Source: an uncultured virus (IMG/VR IMGVR_UViG_2687453308_000004)
Lineage: Duplodnaviria; Heunggongvirae; Uroviricota; Caudoviricetes
Virus record (IMG/VR): IMGVR_UViG_2687453308_000004
Direction: 5' to 3' (one strand)
Length of the DNA: 26,732 nucleotides
Shown: positions 25,745 through 26,732 of the stretch, in pieces
Numbering within the stretch: the first letter of the stretch is position 1
How the letters are laid out: each line of letters starts with the position of its first letter
The notes under the pieces: model-generated
Seen by the model: only the letters and a program-made list of their open reading frames with translations
Told to the model about the DNA's origin: nothing
Databases searched by the model: none
Made by a program: the position numbers and the translations under genes

Positions 25745-25912
25745 ATGAAAATAACTAATTGCAAAATAAAAAAAGAAACTATAGTATATGAAGTTTTAAC
25801 TAGTGGTAATCAACCATTCACTTATGAGTTACCTAAAGATTTATCGTCACATAATGCGCGTAAATACTTGGAATTTATTTCACAAAAAATAGATGGCGAT
25901 AAGTTAAATTAA
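25745..25912 (+). CDS. Small hypothetical protein (55 aa, absent from ORF track)
   Basis: Hand translation MKITNCKIKKETIVYEVLTSGNQPFTYELPKDLSSHNARKYLEFISQKIDGDKLN; AAAAGGAG RBS. Confidence 0.75.
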   Translation: MKITNCKIKKETIVYEVLTSGNQPFTYELPKDLSSHNARKYLEFISQKIDGDKLN

Positions 25913-25929
25913 TTCAAAGAATAAAGTAA

Positions 25930-26022
25930 CTTCATAAAGAGTACGAAGAAAACGATCTAATGACCGAACTTATTCTTGAATATTTAGTAAAAAAGTATGT
26001 TGAAGAAGAATATAAGAAATAA
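25930..26022 (+). pseudogene. Possible 3' gene remnant (LHKEYEENDLMTELILEYLVKKYVEEEYKK*)
   Basis: Protein-like open frame without RBS, ending just before the repeat. Confidence 0.3.
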
Positions 26023-26051
26023 ACGCCTATATGGCGTGAGGAGGATGAGGG

Positions 26052-26732
26052 ATGGAAGAGAACGCACCTTTAGAAACAGCAGTTAATAATTTTAAAAAGA
26101 TTCAAAATAGCGAGATTTACAAATTTAAATATATGAATTCATGGTGTCTTGAATATTCAGAGTTTTTATTGGATGAAGTTAGATTGTTAAAAGAAAACAA
26201 AAGTTACACCAGATATAAAAAAGGCACTATAATTTATGTAAAGTTAGGTGTTAATGTTGGCAGAGAGTTTTCTGGAAACCATTTTTGTATGGTACTTAAT
26301 AATCACGATTCAAATAAAAATCCAATATTAACGGTAGTTCCACTTACATCTTCCAGAAGTAAATTCAATGTGCATATCGAAGAAGATTTGTTACCTTTAG
26401 TATTGGAAAAAATGGACGTAACGGGTAAGGATTTAGCTAAAAAAATCATGAACAATCTTGAAAAGGTGTCAAAAGCAGAAAACCCATACGATCAAAAATT
26501 ACTTGATGAAAACAAATCGCTGAATGACGACTTCAAAAAATATTCGAAGGTTCGCAAAAGATATGAGCGATTCAAGTATAAAAAGACCTATGCTAACGTT
26601 TTAAATATCACTACAATCAGCAAGGATAGAATATCGAAAATTAATAGGTATGACCCTGCCGGAGAAATATCATATTCAAAAGAAACAGTAGATAAAATTG
26701 AAAATAGTATAAAAATTAGATTTCTTAGTTAA
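26052..26732 (+). CDS. PemK/MazF-like endoribonuclease-fold protein with helical insertion
   Basis: KGTIIYVKLGVNVGREFSGNHFCMVL..D..ILTVVPLTS and ANVLNITTISKDRI; GAGGAGG RBS; stop at the last 3 nt of the window. Confidence 0.8.
   Translation: MEENAPLETAVNNFKKIQNSEIYKFKYMNSWCLEYSEFLLDEVRLLKENKSYTRYKKGTIIYVKLGVNVGREFSGNHFCMVLNNHDSNKNPILTVVPLTSSRSKFNVHIEEDLLPLVLEKMDVTGKDLAKKIMNNLEKVSKAENPYDQKLLDENKSLNDDFKKYSKVRKRYERFKYKKTYANVLNITTISKDRISKINRYDPAGEISYSKETVDKIENSIKIRFLS

Larger units (their letters stand above)
25683..26037. repeat. Direct repeat CGCCTATATGGC (25683-25694, 26024-26035)
   Basis: Exact 12-bp repeat, each copy just after a stop codon; second copy forms ACGCC-TATAT-GGCGT. Confidence 0.7.
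1..26732 (-). mobile_element. Staphylococcal temperate siphophage/prophage segment (phi12/phiSLT/3A-like, cos-type), both ends outside window
   Basis: Continuous lysogeny-replication-packaging-head-tail gene order; low GC; PolA/VirE/SNF2 replication module with HNH-TerS-TerL-portal-ClpP-capsid. Confidence 0.95.

Noticed and set aside
25913..26051. Type III toxin-antitoxin RNA repeat array upstream of the PemK-fold gene
   Set aside because: No tandem repeats or terminator of the ToxI type are visible

Overview
The whole window is an internal segment of a Staphylococcus aureus-type temperate siphophage or prophage, resembling the cos-packaging phi12/phiSLT/3A (Sa2-like) group, and is mostly encoded on the minus strand. 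From right to left it holds: (1) a lysogeny module with a PemK/MazF-like gene, a small ORF and the cI/cro switch with visible promoters and operators; (2) an early region interrupted by three plus-strand accessory genes and containing a DUF2829/Tad2-like gene; (3) a replication module (DUF2800 nuclease, DUF2815 SSB-like protein, family A DNA polymerase, dimeric dUTPase, RinB, VirE-type primase/helicase, an iteron-rich putative origin, VRR-NUC, SNF2 helicase, RinA); (4) packaging and head genes (HNH, cos region, TerS, TerL, portal, ClpP-like protease, capsid); (5) neck and tail genes up to the tail chaperone. The integrase, lysis genes and att sites lie outside the window. The most striking signal is that the capsid gene and the major tail gene end in the same cassette (TTA CCC AGC TAA). 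In both, the +1 frame encodes a homologous 21-aa peptide resembling the first two strands of an FN3 domain, and the separately translated gene after the tail gene appears to encode the rest of that FN3 domain plus an Ig-like domain. This suggests a frameshift-controlled split-domain system for decorating the virion. All family assignments come from motif recognition and gene order; no database search was run.
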